Assembly: GCA_028279825.1 (NCBI GenBank) | Contig: JANQNA010000007.1 | Span: forward strand, 89,409-153,408 | Direction: 5' to 3' | Source of the DNA: an archaeon | Lineage (GTDB): Archaea > Aenigmatarchaeota > Aenigmatarchaeia > GW2011-AR5 | Length of the DNA stretch: 64,000 nt | Made by a program: the position numbers and the translations under genes | Part shown: one piece after another, positions 62,120-64,000 of the stretch | How the letters are laid out: each line of letters starts with the position of its first letter | Numbering within the stretch: position 1 is the first letter of the stretch | Notes under the pieces: model-generated | The model's input: the letters and a program-made list of their open reading frames with translations, nothing else | What the model was told of the DNA's origin: nothing | Database searches by the model: none

Positions 62120-62776
62120 ATGAACATGAAAGTTTTTCTTATAGTATCGGTTTTAATTGTTGTATTCGCGGCTGGCTGTATCGGCCTGGGACCTTCTGTG
62201 GAAATAGCCTCGCCGTCAAACGGCCAGATACTTGAGACAAACATAGTTACTGTTGATCTGAGTTCAGGCAACGTAAACATAGCCAATCCTACGGGTGTTG
62301 CTGTACAAGGTGAAGGATATTTTTCTGTGGCACTGGACGGTGCTGAACAAAGCGGTACGATGCCATCGTTTGCATTCGCGAATCTTGTTCCCGGAGAGCA
62401 TGTTATAGTAGCTGAACTGCTTAGAGGGGACGGTTCAAGCTTTGAGCCTCCGGTTGTTGATTCAGTTGTCATTACGACTATTGCTGCCGGGACAGACGTG
62501 GTAAAGGAGTTTGATTTAAAGGCTGAATCAGGGATTTTTGAGCCCAGCGAGATAACGGTTGATGTTGGTGATACAGTTATTATCAGAATAGAAGCCGTTG
62601 ATGACAAATACGGGTTCTCTCTTGGTACGTATGACATTGTTGAAGGAATGGAAAAAGGCGAGACAAAGACAATCAGCTTTGTCGCCAGGGAAGTCGGCGA
62701 ATTTAATTTCTTCTGCGGCGGATTCTGTGATGCTTCTTACTGGGATATGCGCGGCAAACTTATTGTCAATCCGTAG
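62120..62776 (+). CDS. secreted/lipoprotein cupredoxin-fold protein lacking the usual His ligands
   Basis: Start MNMKVFLIVSVLIVVFAAGC has a lipobox-like AAGC. The C-terminal segment FEPSEITVDVGDTVIIRIEAVDDKYGFS…FFCGGFCDASYWDMRGKLIV resembles cupredoxin_1/CuA-like domains. Tyr occupies both expected His positions. Confidence 0.6.
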   Translation: MNMKVFLIVSVLIVVFAAGCIGLGPSVEIASPSNGQILETNIVTVDLSSGNVNIANPTGVAVQGEGYFSVALDGAEQSGTMPSFAFANLVPGEHVIVAELLRGDGSSFEPPVVDSVVITTIAAGTDVVKEFDLKAESGIFEPSEITVDVGDTVIIRIEAVDDKYGFSLGTYDIVEGMEKGETKTISFVAREVGEFNFFCGGFCDASYWDMRGKLIVNP

Positions 62777-62883
62777 GAGTTACTTCTAAGTTATAAACTT
62801 TGGAAGAAAAAACGCTTAAATAATTCAACGACTTAATAGTATAAGTTTTATTGTTTTATAAAACTTGTAAAAGATGTGATTGA

Positions 62884-64000
62884 ATGGGAAATGTTTATTC
62901 GCAGGCTATTATGCATGAAAAAAGTCAGGTGGATGCCGTTCCGGTTTCTCCGTATATCAAGAAATTTGATTCCAGCAAGAAAAGAGAGCTTATTGCCCTG
63001 CTTCCTGAGGATGCAAAGGTGCTCAAGTTTAACCAGTCCCTTTGTCCGGGCTGTGTTGACGAGGAAAAATGGACAACAATGAAGCTTGATTCCGTTGTTT
63101 ATGTTTCTAACAACAAGGTGTGGATGTCAAAGGTATGCACGGAACACGGGACATTTACGGAAGTTTACTGGTCTGACTATGACATGTACAAAAAAGCTGA
63201 AAGATTCCAGGATAAGGGAATAAAGATACTGAATCCTGATATTGACAAAAGTGAGTTTGAAATTGACTGTCCATCTGATTGCGGACTGTGTGTTGAACAT
63301 GAATCACACACGGGTCTTGGCAACGTAGTTCTTACAAACAGGTGTGACCTTACATGCTGGTACTGTTTCTTCTATGCAAAAGAGGGAGAGCCTATATACG
63401 AGCCTACAATGGACCAGATAAAGATGATGCTGAAAAGGATGAAAGATGAAAAACCTGTCGGTGCAAATGCCGTGCAGCTGACCGGCGGAGAGCCTACGCT
63501 CAGGGAAGATATTATAGAAATAATAAAGGCCGGCAGGGATATCGGTTACGATCATGTTCAGTTGAATACAAACGGAGTAAACCTTTCAAAGAGCCTGGAG
63601 CTCTGCCACAAAGTGAAAGAGGCCGGTTCGCATGTCCTGTATATGAGTTTTGACGGAATGACCCCGCAGACAAACCCAAAGAACTACTGGGAAGCCACAA
63701 AGGCCATAGATAACTGCAGGCAGGCAAAAATCGGTATTGTTTTGGTACCTACGGTAATAGGCGGCATTAATGATCATGAACTTGGTGATATTCTAAGATT
63801 CGGATTTGGCAACATAGACACTATAAGATCCGTGAATTACCAGCCGGTGTCTTTGGTGGGTAGAATGCCTGACAAGCTTAGAAGGAAGCAAAGGATAACA
63901 ATACCAAGCGCAATCAAGAAGATAGAAGAGCAGACTGATGGTGAAGTAGGTAAGGAGCACTGGTTCCCTGTGCCTTGTGCAAAGCAGGTTACAGACTTTG
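62884..64000 (+). CDS. radical SAM enzyme with Cys-rich N-terminal ribbons (COG1964 / MJ0619-Tes-like?), 3' partial
   Basis: Not in the ORF track because it runs off the window. MGNVYSQ…CPGCVDEE…KVCTEHG…CPSDCGLCVEHESH…LTNRCDLTCWYCFF (CxxxCxxC)…VQLTGGEPTLR. Reading frame is open to 64000. Confidence 0.8.
   Translation, partial: MGNVYSQAIMHEKSQVDAVPVSPYIKKFDSSKKRELIALLPEDAKVLKFNQSLCPGCVDEEKWTTMKLDSVVYVSNNKVWMSKVCTEHGTFTEVYWSDYDMYKKAERFQDKGIKILNPDIDKSEFEIDCPSDCGLCVEHESHTGLGNVVLTNRCDLTCWYCFFYAKEGEPIYEPTMDQIKMMLKRMKDEKPVGANAVQLTGGEPTLREDIIEIIKAGRDIGYDHVQLNTNGVNLSKSLELCHKVKEAGSHVLYMSFDGMTPQTNPKNYWEATKAIDNCRQAKIGIVLVPTVIGGINDHELGDILRFGFGNIDTIRSVNYQPVSLVGRMPDKLRRKQRITIPSAIKKIEEQTDGEVGKEHWFPVPCAKQVTDF

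Noticed and set aside
62077-62637. 186-aa minus-strand ORF
   Set aside because: It is antisense to the cupredoxin-like lipoprotein gene. The plus-strand product has a signal peptide and domain motifs, and the minus-strand product is Ser/Thr/Pro-rich.
62876-63082. 68-aa plus-strand ORF from the track
   Set aside because: It is in the wrong frame relative to the long open radical SAM frame starting at 62884, which carries CxxxCxxC and GGEPTLR motifs.
1-64000. rRNA genes, CRISPR arrays, prophage-like blocks
   Set aside because: Reading both strands revealed no long non-coding GC-rich stretch, no spaced repeat array, and no capsid, terminase or integrase-like ORFs.

Overview
AT-rich archaeal segment. 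Evidence for an archaeon: RadB, Cdc48, archaeal-type TyrRS, type 2 MetAP, aCPSF-like beta-CASP nuclease, a class III signal-peptide pilin and TATA-box promoters. The gene content looks like a small-genome, DPANN-like lineage, but that is inference only. All product calls come from motif reading by eye; no BLAST, HMM or folding software was run.

Layout:
(1) 0.5-25 kb is one large surface-glycan island. It holds GT2, GT4 and GT-C glycosyltransferases, seven extended-SDR sugar enzymes, rfbF-rfbG (CDP-glucose route) with a cupin, an aminotransferase and an N-formyltransferase, two B12-binding radical SAM enzymes, a Wzx flippase, and a complete GDP-D-glycero-D-manno-heptose module (gmhA, hddA, fused gmhB-hddC).
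(2) 25-50 kb is housekeeping and nucleic-acid maintenance: PolX, RtcA, beta-CASP RNase, TyrRS, SerRS, TopA, an AsnA-like aaRS paralog, RadB, Cdc48, MetAP, PyrF/PyrE and an MPE-Lhr pair.
(3) 50.6-53 kb carries an LTD-domain surface protein with about 22 N-glycosylation sequons and an archaeal pilin.
(4) 52996-55569 is an IS4-type element. It has 14/15 terminal inverted repeats and an 11-bp target duplication, and it appears to carry five passenger ORFs.
(5) 56.4-60.2 kb is a split and degenerate-looking 2-oxoacid:ferredoxin oxidoreductase cluster.
(6) 60.9-61.8 kb has three tRNA genes. All are interrupted at non-canonical positions, and tRNA-Glu is followed by a structured 77-nt insert and an 18-nt copy of its own 3' end.
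(7) The window ends inside a Cys-rich radical SAM gene.

No rRNA genes or CRISPR arrays were seen.
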